From assembly GCA_903813345.2 (NCBI GenBank), contig CAIIXF020000001.1, positions 5,828,001 to 5,892,000 on the forward strand: a DNA stretch of 64,000 bases, in the 5' to 3' direction. The position numbers and the translations under genes are program-made. Source of the DNA: Owenia fusiformis (taxonomy: Eukaryota). Shown in pieces: positions 14,301 through 24,444 of this stretch. The notes beneath the pieces are model-generated. The model was not told where the DNA came from, searched no databases, and saw nothing but the letters and a program-made list of their open reading frames with translations. Every line of letters begins with the position of its first letter. Position 1 is the stretch's first letter.

Positions 14301-17300
14301 GTATTCTTTCTGCGTCTGCTTCTGGGTGTGGAACTGTTTGAAGAGCGGGCAGACTTAGGGGGCACTGGGGATATTGTGTAGGGTGACTTGCCCCGCCCCT
14401 GGTCAATATCATGATGGCTTTTACTGTACTCTATCATAGCCACTTGGTCCAACTAAATAATACAATGTTTGTGATAGGACATGTTCATTACATTTCCACA
14501 CATTTCTGTATATTTTTCCCAAAATTATATCTGTTATATAAATAATAAACAAAAAGAAATCTTTGGAGATGTTTAATTGATATACAATGTTTCCGGAAAG
14601 ATTCACCACCTATTAAACAAAACAAGTGTTTTAGCAATCTATAATTCCCTGATATAATCATGTAACTACGATGATTTAATCTGGGGTGGCCATAGCAACC
14701 ACTGGTGATTGTACTCTTCAAACTAGTTACCGAAACGGATCAGTACCAGTGGCAATGCTTATACAAATGGTGAATATTTTGATGTTGTAAATAAAATGAA
14801 GTTGAAAATTTCCAAGCAAAAATTGACAAGCAAAGATTCAAAATTTACCTGGTATAAATTTTTTGAATCAATTTCTTCCTCATTTTCATATCTGTTCCGA
14901 GATTTGTCACCAGTTTCATCCACAGGGTAGCCATTGGCATCTATGTATATTACTCTGGGACTATACTCCTAAAATAGGAAAATGTATCAACTTTAATAAT
15001 TTGTTTTGTAGGCAAGTGTGTTTTGTATAAAAATGAGGCCACTAGTATTTTGATGAACCCATTATGTTTTATAGAGGCCAGTGTGTTTTATATGGTTGAG
15101 TCAAGTGAGGTTTATATAGGTTAGATCAAGGGGAGAGATAGGGCCAATGAATGTGGCATGGGCAAAGCAGATGTGTAGTAGGTGAGGTTTATAGGTGAGA
15201 TCAGTGGCAAGGAGAGAGGGAGAGAGAGGGCCTGCAATATATGTGGCATGGGCAAAGCAGATGTGTAGTAGGTGAGGTTTATATAGCAATAGGTGAGATC
15301 AATGGCAAGGGGAGAGAGGGCCTGCAATATATGTGGCATGGGCAAAGCAGATGTGTAGTAGGTGAGGTTTATATAGGTGAGATCAATGGCAAGGGGAGAG
15401 AGAGGGCCTGCAATATATGTGGCATGGGCAAAGCAGATGTGTAGTAGGTGAGGTTTATAGGTGAGATCAGTGGCAAGGAGAGAGGGAGAGAGAGGGCCTG
15501 CAATATATGTGGCATGGGCAAAGCAGATGTGTAGTAGGTGAGGTTTATATAGCAATAGGTGAGATCAATGGCAAGGGGAGAGAGAGGGCCTGCAATATAT
15601 GTGGCATGGGCAAAGCAGATGTGTAGTAGGTGAGGTTTATAGGTGAGATCAGTGGCAAGGAGAGAGGGAGAGAGAGGGCCTGCAATATATGTGGCATGGG
15701 CAAAGCAGATGTGTAGTAGGTGAGGTTTATATAGCAATAGGTGAGATCAATGGCAAGGGGAGAGAGAGGGCCTGCAATATATGTGGCATGGGCAAAGCAG
15801 ATGTGTAGTAGGTGAGGTTTTATATAGGTGAGATCGGTGACAAGAGGAGAGGGCCTGCAATGTATGTGGCATGGGCAAAGCAGATGTGTAGTAGGTGAGG
15901 TTTATATAGGTTAGATCAGTGTCAAGGCAAGAGGGCCAATGTATGTGGCATGGGCAAAGCAGATGTGTAGTAGGTGAGGTTTATATAGGTTAGATCAGTG
16001 TCAAGGCAAGAGGGCCAATGTATGTGGCATGGGCAAAGCAGATGTGTAGTAGGTGAGGTTTATATGTTTTTAGATAGGCAAGGCCTCTGTTTTAAATTGG
16101 GGAGGCCTGTTACAAGTGTCCTCTCAAGGGACACATCTGATTCTTCAAGCAGGGTGTAGGTGGAGAAAATTTTATACAAATGAATACAGTCTACATGTAT
16201 ATATTTGTGAGAATCTAAGTCACAGTGATCTCAGGCTTGGTCCACCAAAATGTGAAGCGATAAAAGGCAACAAGAAGGACAAATATTAAGAGTAAATTGG
16301 TGAAATTAAAAATGGTCAGTGACCTATACAATAACATAATATATTTCATTTAAAGGCCCCGTATAAAGTTTAAACCACTTTGGCTTATATTGTAGTCTTA
16401 CCCAATGTTATCAAAGTGTGATATGTGAAACTTTTTTTTTAAATTTCAAAAAGTGTTTTTTGATAGACTTTTTGTTCCAAAATTTGTGAATTTATTTAAA
16501 AACAACTTTTAGAGGTCACTCATATCTTTTAATTAGCCATAATTCATACCAATGCATAGCAGTCATCCTCCCATGTTTTTTGCCGAAAAAATTAAGAAAA
16601 TCGGTTCATAAATAAGCGAGAAATGAACTTATAAGTGCATGAAAATGGTTCTGAGAAAAATGTAATACAAAATTTTAGTTCGCATAGAAACCAATGGTAC
16701 AATGATATCTAAAACATTATTTATTCTTCCTTTTAACCTGGTTAGACAATCAACATTGGTTTTTTATGAAAGTCTAGCATATTTAGAAAAGATTGACATC
16801 GAAAAAAAAATTTCAATTTTTTTCAAAAAGTTTTTGTTACCTTAGTGACATCACTAATGTTTCAAAATATTTTTGATATGCTAAAACATTGAAGTGGCCC
16901 ATTAAATATGGCATTTTATTATTGAAATAGTGTGTCCTTTGTTCAATCTTTGCATTGGTGTTAAAAAAATAATCTTTTTTGAAATGCATTAAGAAATATT
17001 TGATGATTAAGAAATTTGAATATTTGAGAAATGAAATGCTCACAACTTTTTTTTCAAAAATAATTTTTTTTTCAAAAATCTCTAAAATCACTTTTTAAGT
17101 CCTGACAAATAGTAAATGAATGATAAGAAAATATTTTGAAACTTTAGACGGGGACTTTAATAGTTTCACTGGTCAAAATATAAGCAGATTTGGGGAAAAG
17201 ATGAATATTTTTTAAAAATTCAAAACTCAGCAGCCCATTCGGTACATGTATTGAGTAAAAAGGATGTGATGGCATAGCTTTTATGCCTTATCTTTTAAAA

Positions 17301-20300
17301 TGCATTGATCTGAACTAAGCAAGACATTGTTATAACATGTATTGCAAAATAGAACTTGACCTTCCTCAAAAACAATCCAAAATTAACATCACTCGAGATA
17401 TGAAATCTTCATATTGCACTTTAAAGCTGTTATCAAAATTGAGGAGGTTGTTTTATGTTACGGAATAATATTATTATTACTTAGCGACAAACTAAATCTA
17501 ATACTATAGAGCTATTGATAAGTATTAAAGTAGTAACCCTTGAGACTTAATCAATATTTACTTTAGTCTGGAATACACTGATTTACCTTGACTAAAAAAG
17601 AATAACAAGAAAGACATAGTGCTTAATTGTGATAGAAATATGAACATACAGAATGTAATAAACATGGCATTCATCACCTAATTGCAATTACAACAGTGTA
17701 ATTGTTTGTTGTAAACGCCAAATACCAAATGTCAGTCATAAAACGGTGGCTGTAACAATCAACATGTCAGTGTCACAGCTTCTTAGTGTTGGTGACATAC
17801 ACGTAGACATCAATTTAAAATATCTTACCTCATCATCATTTCTCTTCCCTTTCATGCGTGACTTTGGTCGGCCGTAATCTCCAGAGGATGACATTTCATC
17901 AGAGATTGAGGACCTTTGCGAGCGCATCATACGGGACTGAGGGGCACTGGATGGCCGATCACCTGATCCCCGGCCAACTCTACTTGATGGAACAGATGAT
18001 GGACGTTCACTCTTGGTACGAGATCCCCTAGGGGATAAATATGGCAGGATATCCTCATCACCTTTCCTGGCTCTCTCTGCCTGTAAACATAACTCTGTTT
18101 TATAGAGGTTGTTTTATGTTCTTTTACTATTCTCATAATGGGAGGCGGGGGGGGGGGGGGGTGCAGTAAAGATGGTAATATTTCATGTTTTAGACCAATA
18201 TTTCATCATCCATATTTTTGGGGGGCTTCATGTTCCTTCAAATTTGATATCTTTACACTATATTTTCCATTCACCATACATGTATATTTCATACTATACT
18301 ACTTTTAATGAATAACAGAGATATAGTTTACGTAAAATAAAACAATAAACAAGTGGTTAGATAACATATACTTATATTGTTGAAAATGCCAGAATTCATT
18401 TTTGATTATGAATGAATGAACAGATTTCATACAATAGTAACACTTTATCCATAATTTATATCTTATCTTTTTGACACATAAGTTTTCACATGCAATACTG
18501 GAATAGAATAAAAGCTGTCATGCAATTTGAGTCCATGCAAACATTTTTGAAATGCATCAATTTCTGCCCATCACCCATAATCAAATTCCTAAGATAATTC
18601 ATTAATGTCCCATAGAGTGCCATGCAACAAGCTTATTTTGTGTCTAATACTTATATGTTGTGAAAATCCTTACAAGACACGTGAAGAACCTTTGAATCAG
18701 TGATAATATTAAATATGTTATCATGAGAAAACTAAATGAATTGTCAGGGCAGTCTAAAAATTCAATTTCTTCATCAGGGCTGTAGCCAAGGGGGGGGGGG
18801 GTCCGTTGGCCAAAAGTTGTTTCAAAATCTTGCAGTTTGTCATGATGCAACCAAATTATCATTTTTCATTCATTGACTGTGTGAAGCCAGAGATTAAGAT
18901 GTAAAATGCAAATAGAGTAGAGTTTATACAGTGGATTTTCTCTGAAAAGACCGTAGTATACTTTATCTCTGTGATATATGGTCCACAATCATGCATTAAT
19001 TACAATAGTCCAGTAGTCTTCGGTGTAGTTTATTTCTTGAAATACACCATGCAAAATTTATCGACACAGATAAAAATTGTGAGCAGTGAATGAATATATG
19101 ACATGATACCCAACTGATGTGAAAATTGTGATGAAATATGCGCCTTACTGGGTAAGTTTCTAGATTCCCAGAAACCATGGTTTGAGTAGGCATATGACGA
19201 TAAGGAGGAATGCCATATGGGACATCAGAAAAATATTCTCGATGTTTCCAAGGATTTCTTTCACTCTCTTTCTTGTCTTGGTGTTTCTCCTTTCAGAAGA
19301 AAATTGAGAATTATTTGCAGATATCCATCAATCATTTTGATAAACTAAAATACATGTATTACTGAAAAGCTAGCCAGTTGCCATTACCTAGTAGAGTCTA
19401 CCTCTATATGTTGATATAAATGAATGGTAATTATTAGATTTAATAAGGTAAGTTCATAATCAATACATCTCATGGAACACAATATAATGATATCTCAAGC
19501 AATCTTGTATGGCAGCTGACTGTATTGGCAGCCATACTTTGGTATAACATTCTCAATTCTGGTGGAATATTTCTGAATGTTGCTTTGTAGAGAGTGTCCA
19601 GTGGAACAAACAGTACTAACATATCTTACATTAATTAAGTTCAAATTCTGGTAATTTTTATTCTGTTTATTAGCAATCAAGTGAAAAGGTGAAGTTCTAG
19701 GACAAGAACTCCAAAATGGCCACAAAAGAACTTATCCATCATGAACAAAAACATATTAGTTTCATACCAAGAACCATCCCTGAAAATTTCAATTTGATCC
19801 ATTCCTTATATTCTATTAGCATGCAAGGAAATATATTTAGTTGTTTTACTGCATTATTAAATATACAATTAAGCCACCACAAAATTTATATCATTTACTA
19901 ATTGCAGGGAGGGCAATATGGAAATTCCCTAACAAAGCATGACAACAAAATGATAATATACACATGAAGGCCTTAAGAGGTTGATATAGGTCAGATTAAT
20001 ATGGGCATTAATGGTTTTATACTTCGTTACTATGCCAAATATCATAAGACTAATATATGTTTTGTATGCAACTTTGATTCATCATGCTTTGCAAGGAGAG
20101 GGAGAAAGACTGTGACTACATGTACACTCTACCCAACCATAACCGAGAATTGCAAGCAGTCTTAATTATATGCCATATATGGTCACATACAGTGTGACTA
20201 GATTTGATTGGCTCACTACCAATCTCCCTGGCAACTTGATCAAACAAAATGGCAAACTCCCCTCTGGATAAAGAAACTAGGGGAAGCCGACTCCTCTCCC

Positions 20301-23300
20301 TTCGTAGTGATTCATAAATCTGAAGAAAATATTAAACATCTAATTTTTTTTAGAAATAAAACTCTCCTCCTTTTGAACTGAAAGGAATTTTATTCTTATT
20401 CTTCCTATCATTGTCAAGGATTCAATGACACATTATGCTGTTGAGACCAGATACAATGGGCATTGAGAATATACCTATGCCAATGAGCCTAATCCTAATC
20501 AGATCTTGGCAAAATACATGTAGCCTGTTTGTAGATTTGTAAAAATCTAAAGTTGAGTAGGTTTGAAAAAGTATGATTAAAACATTTGATAAGTGTACAT
20601 TTTAAAAAAAAAACAATGCCTGATATTTTGACCAATGGTCAAAGTAGCATTTTTGAAAAATGCATTTCTAAAACATCTTTTAATTCACGATTGCTTACCC
20701 TTATTCGTCGAACCAGCTCAATTTTTCCAATTTCTTCAAGTTTCTTTTTAATTTGTCCTTGTCTAACCCTTTCCATATCCAAGGTTTTGTGTACAATGGC
20801 CTGAGACAGTAGATCCCTGACATGTTTCTTGTGTTCCTTACGGGCCATATTTAACCTGTATGTGGTCTCTGTTACAATTGCTCCTTTCTTTGAAATCTGG
20901 AGTTCAAATAGAAAACAAGCAATAACTTTTGTGTTAATCAAGGGCTATATTCTCATTCATTTTAATATCAAAACTTTACATTAATAGTGCCAACAAATGA
21001 TAATTGTTTCATGTTTATCATATTCAAAATTATACTTGTATACTAGCTGGTAAATCATGCATAAAATAACTTACCAGTCCTGATTTTCGAAGATGACGCC
21101 TCTTTTTATTGTCACTAAAATATCCAGCCAGGTTTGGGTCACACAAGCTGTTATATGTGGACAAGGGACTACAAAGCAAGAGTTCAATATTTAGTTCATT
21201 AGTTAAAATATTGAGAAATTGATTAAGATGCACATGGTATTTTGAATATAACGAGCAGTATTGCTACCTGTTATACTGCAGGGATTTGCTTCATGAAGCA
21301 TTTTGATAAAAAGCTTCATAATGAAGGATTTTTGATACATCTCTACCTTATTTTGATCCTTCAACAGTCTGTTGTTGTAGTAAATCAATGTTCTATCAGT
21401 TAACAAAACTTTTGAATTTGGATTGCAGCCATTTTTGGTCTCGCGAGATCTCTTGACTTTCGAAAGTAAATATTTGCTACAAAATAACTCGCGTTAGCTA
21501 AATATGAATAGTCACATGATCCTTTAGCGGCGATGCCCATGTGCCTGTAAAGGACAATGCGCATGTGCACACATACGCAAAAAGTAAAAAATGGTGCGAA
21601 CCAGATCTGGAATTTCTCTACTTTAACTGCAAATTACACAACAAGTAGGACTTATTGTCACCACGCGTCATAAAAAGGGCAAGTTACATTCAATTATCTT
21701 CTTAAATACCGTTAACTTATTCCAGCGCGCCTGCTGGAAGTTGGAGTAAACCACTTCACGAGACGGTATATTTTAAAGGGTGACGCATATCGTTTAGCAA
21801 ATCGAACGCTCGTTTCTGGTGTTGCTCACCGTTTAGTATAAAGGCCCGATCCCGGAATAATACTCAAGGGTTCACAGGTTCGAGCTCGTTGTCTCAACAC
21901 CTCTAACTGTTATATAGCATAAGTATATTATAGATCGTCACACATTTATGAAAGGGTGATTTTTATTTTGACAAATCAATTCCACATTTATGGGTGAAGT
22001 TTCAGGATCTTCTATTTGTGTATAATAAGGAAAAATTGGCATCTAAATTCCCCATAACGTAATAGCACACAGCTTGGCATATGAAATATCCTACAAATGA
22101 AACAAAGCAAGACAAACCGGTTTCTAATACAAGAATTTATATTGGCTGTTGTACATGTATTATTTGAACGCAATCACTCTTTGGATAACGTTTTCAAAAT
22201 CATTATAAACGGATTACTTTATCTCAAAGACAATTTCAATAAACTGGATTTTACAGAACTCCCCTTATTTCTTAAAAATGGACTGATCCAGTTGATTCGC
22301 CTGGAGCCGCCATATTGTTTTTATACGGGATGCTAATCGGAACCCTTTAACGGTGTGTCAGCTGCCTTTTTAGTTCAACGTCGTTAAACTCAATAACGGC
22401 GTTCTTTATTATTAGGAATTTTCTTGGGGCCATTATTGAGTTTAACCTCCTTACTATTCTTTCCTTTGATGCAAGTTCTGAATCCATCGAAACCATTTTT
22501 CCGCGATAACGTGCAACTGATACTTGACAATAATATAAAAACACATAACATCAAGCGATTTAACACAATATTTTTGTGTTAAATGTTCATTTATACGAGT
22601 AAAATGAGGCTACACTTACCAATCTCTAAAGTGACATTCCGCATGTCCGTCATTGTGTCTGTTCGTCTGAGTGTCCCGGATCGTAAAATTAAACTACCAG
22701 CGAAACGAAATTGTTGTCAAATAGATTGATAATTATTATCGAGATTACTCGGGATAAAAAGATCAATTTTGAGGATAACAGGTATCTTTGATTAATTCAT
22801 ATAGCGCGTGTATACACGCAAAATAGTTATTAATTGCAAACCCACTGTTCGTTAATGCAGTGCCGTGATGACGGTTAATTCCTGAAACGATTTGCAATTT
22901 CGATATTACCGAAACTGACCGACATTTTCGTCATTTCCAAACCTGTCTCCAATATTTTCGTAATTATGCATCAATAAGGTCTAAGGGGGATACGGGACGG
23001 GGTGTATGTGTTTATAAGGTATGTATGCATGTTTGAATCACATTCTTTGTGTAATATTGCCATGTTTTCAGGGTTTAATTTGTTCCGCTTGTCGAAACCT
23101 GCTGAACGATTAAATTAACGCATCAAAGGCAAAATGGTCATGGAGGTTAGACCTAGCCGGGCCATAACACATGTCAGATAAGAAACGAGGCCCGGGCTAG
23201 GTCTAATGTTGTTGGACTACTGCCTTTTGAGCCAGCTGTGTTCAGTAAGGCTAGAGACTCGAGTAAGCTTGTTTATGGCACAATCGCATCCCCCTGACTG

Positions 23301-23508
23301 AAAACCAAGTTCTTTTGGCGATCACCATGGTATAAGAGGTATAAAGATGTCATTAAGCCATTAATACATACTATTCTTCTTTTTACAGCGTAGCACTTTG
23401 AATTTCAAATTGTATTTGCAGTTTGATTAAAAAAAATTCCAATATTTTCTGAAGAAAAAGTAACTTTGCTTGAAAAGTAGGTACTTACCCTGGGTCTGCG
23501 TGACTCAT
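1649..23508 (-). CDS. ERICH3: ERICH3/C1orf173-like glutamate-rich protein with DUF4590-like domain and C-terminal RNI-type LRR domain (whole gene model, 18 core exons, ~1225 aa)
   Basis: Manually spliced model: join 23508-23489, 21168-21075, 20896-20699, 18080-17829, 14968-14849, 14452-14270, 13343-13302, 12877-12673, 12504-12318, 12179-11947, 10639-10433, 9677-9516, 8804-8442, 4579-4382, 4187-3889, 3483-3352, 3088-2997, 2339-1649. All introns are GT-AG, phases match, and the total is 3678 nt (divisible by 3). N-terminus MSHADPGPLSTYNSLCDPNLAGYFSDNKKRRHLRKSGLISKKG...LSQAIVHKTLDMER resembles the ERICH3 N-terminus as I recall it (MSHSHPAGLLAAYNSLMDKHLAGYF...AQAIFHKVLDMER). QQHCGG...SRRHRGYPFSL...STCCEYKH...GAAPCYRC matches the conserved ERICH3 DUF4590 region. 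Confidence 0.88.
2997..3088 (-). CDS. ERICH3: Exon 17, LRR (MLNLNCNNIGANGAKSVVEIFKDKPTIKML)
   Basis: tttatttag| acceptor, |GTAAGT donor; RNI-type LxLxxNxIGxxGA. Confidence 0.85.
3352..3483 (-). CDS. ERICH3: Exon 16, LRR (VNELAEYIRDHDDMQTLMLRNDNIDD...)
   Basis: gattcag| acceptor, |GTAGGT donor; LxxLxLxxNxI-like repeat. Confidence 0.85.
3889..4187 (-). CDS. ERICH3: ERICH3-like exon 15 (4x DDTAAE(T/H)Q repeat leading into the LRR N-cap)
   Basis: gttttag| acceptor, |GTACAT donor, phase 1-0; 24-bp in-frame tandem repeat at ~4027-4122. Confidence 0.8.
4382..4579 (-). CDS. ERICH3: ERICH3-like exon 14 (Asp-rich)
   Basis: cttgctag| acceptor, |GTAAAA donor, phase 1-1. Confidence 0.7.
4845..5505. repeat. 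25-bp minisatellite with 100-bp higher-order unit
   Basis: Units such as GAACAAACAGATTACAAGCACTGAT; the variant GAATAAATAGGTAACAAATCCAACT recurs at 4983, 5083, 5183, 5283, 5383. Confidence 0.9.
5719..5797. repeat. 3 x 26-bp tandem repeat
   Basis: GAACTAAACAACATCACAATTTTAGG x3. Confidence 0.9.
6160..7970. repeat. 19/21-bp minisatellite interrupted by nested insertions
   Basis: AAGAACTCATTGTATATGT / AAGAACTCATTACATCTTTGT units at ~6160-6284, resuming in register at ~7591-7970. Confidence 0.9.
6380..7583. mobile_element. Non-autonomous TIR DNA transposon, 1204 bp, 8-bp TSD ACAAACAA (superfamily unassigned)
   Basis: GATACGACGTCAGATACTGTACATCACGGC vs GCCGCGATGTACATTATCTGACGTCGTATC; ACAAACAA at 6372-6379 and 7584-7591. 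Confidence 0.85.
8442..8804 (-). CDS. ERICH3: ERICH3-like exon 13 (acidic/Ser-rich)
   Basis: attttcag| acceptor, |GTGAGT donor, 363 nt stop-free in the D/E/S-rich frame, phase 1-1. Confidence 0.8.
9516..9677 (-). CDS. ERICH3: ERICH3-like exon 12 (acidic, DYSDDDFEDEE)
   Basis: gctgatag| acceptor, |GTTAGA donor, phase 1-1, open. Confidence 0.75.
10433..10639 (-). CDS. ERICH3: ERICH3-like exon 11 (Ser-rich)
   Basis: ttctattctag| acceptor, |GTGAAT donor, phase 1-1, open. Confidence 0.7.
10850..11785. mobile_element. Helentron/HINE-like non-autonomous element with ~145-bp internal tandem cores
   Basis: About 6 cores (ATAAAATTTGA.CCAAATCC at ~145-bp spacing), a (GACG)n-like microsatellite at ~11705-11741 and a terminal hairpin CCCCTCGAACTTCGTTCGGTGGG; left boundary approximate. 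Confidence 0.7.
11947..12179 (-). CDS. ERICH3: ERICH3-like exon 10 (CQVEKG, then Glu/Lys-rich)
   Basis: Phase 2 joins exon 9 to give PCYRC; |GTACAT donor; Glu-rich. Confidence 0.85.
12318..12504 (-). CDS. ERICH3: ERICH3-like exon 9, DUF4590-like part 2 (FTFLSRRHRGYPFSL...STCCEYKH...GAAPCY)
   Basis: ttttag| acceptor, |GTATGT donor; Cys/His-rich conserved core. Confidence 0.92.
12673..12877 (-). CDS. ERICH3: ERICH3-like exon 8, DUF4590-like part 1 (...VEQQHCGGSTLPVFRELILPG)
   Basis: gtttgtgtag| acceptor, |GTAAGT donor; QQHCGG motif. Confidence 0.9.
13302..13343 (-). CDS. ERICH3: ERICH3-like small exon 7 (PKNTRCKKAGLPNK)
   Basis: ctttcttttcatgcag| acceptor, |GTACTT donor, 42 nt, phase 0-0 (could be skipped without a frameshift). 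Confidence 0.55.
13792..14203. mobile_element. MITE (Harbinger-like TIR)
   Basis: AAGCCTGGTTTACACTAACAG vs reverse complement AAGCTAGGTTTACACTGACAG. Confidence 0.65.
14270..14452 (-). CDS. ERICH3: ERICH3-like exon 6 (LDQVAMIEY...QDKNM)
   Basis: ttatttag| acceptor, |GTATGT donor, 183 nt open. Confidence 0.8.
14849..14968 (-). CDS. ERICH3: ERICH3-like exon 5 (EYSPRVIYIDANGYPVDE...NLYQ)
   Basis: cctattttag| acceptor, |GTAAAT donor, 120 nt open. Confidence 0.8.
15100..16065. repeat. ~78-92-bp purine-rich minisatellite, ~11 copies
   Basis: Invariant core TGTGGCATGGGCAAAGCAGATGTGTAGTAGGTGAGGTTT with variable GA-rich linker. Confidence 0.95.
16354..17156. mobile_element. Kolobok-like MITE, TTAA TSD
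   Basis: TTAA-AGGCCCCGTATAAAGTTT...AAACTTTAGACGGGGACT-TTAA; a related right-half copy lies at ~42485-42760. Confidence 0.75.
17829..18080 (-). CDS. ERICH3: ERICH3-like exon 4 (AERARKGDEDILPYLSPR...KRNDDE)
   Basis: gtttacag| acceptor, |GTAAGA donor, 252 nt open, phase 0-0. Confidence 0.85.
19149..19289 (-). CDS. Candidate cassette exon B (EKHQDKKESERNPWKHREYFSDVPYGIPPYRHMPTQTMVSGNLETYP)
   Basis: ttttcttctgaaag| acceptor, |GTAAGG donor, 141 nt, stop-free, phase 0-0. Confidence 0.45.
20191..20319 (-). CDS. Candidate cassette exon A (IYESLRRERSRLPLVSLSRGEFAILFDQVAREIGSEPIKSSHT)
   Basis: ttttcttcag| acceptor, |GTATGT donor, 129 nt, stop-free, phase 0-0. Confidence 0.45.
20699..20896 (-). CDS. 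ERICH3: ERICH3-like exon 3 (ISKKGAIVTE...KIELVRRIR)
   Basis: ctccag| acceptor, |GTAAGC donor, phase 0-0; conserved QAIVHKTLDMER. Confidence 0.9.
21075..21168 (-). CDS. ERICH3: ERICH3-like exon 2 (PLSTYNSLCDPNLAGYFSDNKKRRHLRKSGL)
   Basis: ctttgtag| acceptor, |GTAAGT donor; conserved ERICH3 N-terminal motif. Confidence 0.9.
23148..23205. mobile_element. Short inverted-repeat element (mini-MITE)
   Basis: TAGACCTAGCCGGGCC...GGCCCGGGCTAGGTCTA. Confidence 0.55.
23489..23508 (-). CDS. ERICH3: ERICH3-like coding exon 1 (MSHADPG)
   Basis: ATGAGTCACGCAGACCCAGG|GTAAGT; phase 2 joins exon 2 to give Gly. Confidence 0.8.
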
Positions 23509-23509
23509 C

Positions 23510-23863
23510 TTGACGTAGTATGAAACAACAACAGTATCACTTCTTCAAATGTATAACAGACTAAAATAAAAGTGAAAAGTCGTGATTTACAAGGAACAAT
23601 TTAGAGATTTTTCCAGCATCTTTATCAAAACAACCTGTCGTCTAGCATATCACGTGACTAAATATCAACTACGATAAGGCACAAAAGTTTTAGAATTATA
23701 AAAACACCTCTCTACTTCCGGGTCATATAGGATAGATGGTGCTGACTGTGTTCCGGGTTACACCTTCAAAAAAAGTACAGACAATAATATTACTCATTTT
23801 ACGTTATATTTAGCAATGATAAGGGTAGAAAGGATTACATTATAAAAGTATTCATAAGTAAGT
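23510..23863. promoter_or_regulatory. Putative bidirectional promoter and candidate non-coding first exon of the BUD23-like gene
   Basis: Immediately upstream of the ERICH3 ATG: E-box TCACGTGAC (23650-23658), ETS-type ACTTCCGG (23714-23721), and a plus-strand donor aa|GTAAGT at ~23858. Confidence 0.45.
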
Positions 23864-24419
23864 GTAGACACGTCGGCTTTTTGAACCCCACACTATTTCA
23901 GTTGTGAATAAACCACTGAATGTTTTTTTACGACTGAGAAGTGGGTGATAATAGAGAGATTCGCTCATAAGTGATAGTATAACTTACGTTTCCTATAGCT
24001 ATACGTAAAAGTAGACATGAATTGACATTTTTGTTTTGCAACAAAGAATACTTATGTACAATTCATGGGGGTAATCAAGGATTGACTCCCAGAGTGCAAC
24101 ATTGATATTCTGTCCCATATATGGATAATTACTGTATCTTTTTGGATTGTCGATTTGAATCATTTAGATTGCAGATTTTGAATTTATAGTCAGTTATATA
24201 ATGTCAGAAAATGACAACATCATGTGGCCTGACAGTCAACATGTACATGGGCCAAGCGGAAAGATTCCTTCTAATTTTGAAATGAGTTGAAACCAAACCA
24301 TAGGTCTATTTTTAAATATAAATGGTTAAAATCATATTCTAATAAAATTCTATCACTGTTAAATTACGAGATATTTCATATCTGCCTTAAATTCAGCTTA
24401 TCAGCCTTTTGCAGATTAT

Positions 24420-24444
24420 CATGGACTCTAATTGAAAGCCCATG
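24420..24444. mobile_element. 25-bp TIR-TIR relic (probable P-type excision footprint), TSD AGATTAT
   Basis: agattat CATGGACT-CTAATTGAAAGCCCATG agattat. Confidence 0.7.

Noticed and set aside
15101..15737. Repetitive ORFs of 62-144 aa
   Set aside because: They lie in an intronic minisatellite with unit lengths that shift frame
21772..22350. Kolobok-like MITE (TTAA-AGGGT...ACCCT-TTAA)
   Set aside because: The TIR match is only about 5 bp beyond TTAA, which is insufficient
23637..23649. RFX X-box upstream of ERICH3 (GTCGTCTAGCATA)
   Set aside because: Only a partial match to the X-box consensus (lacks the terminal AAC), too weak to call
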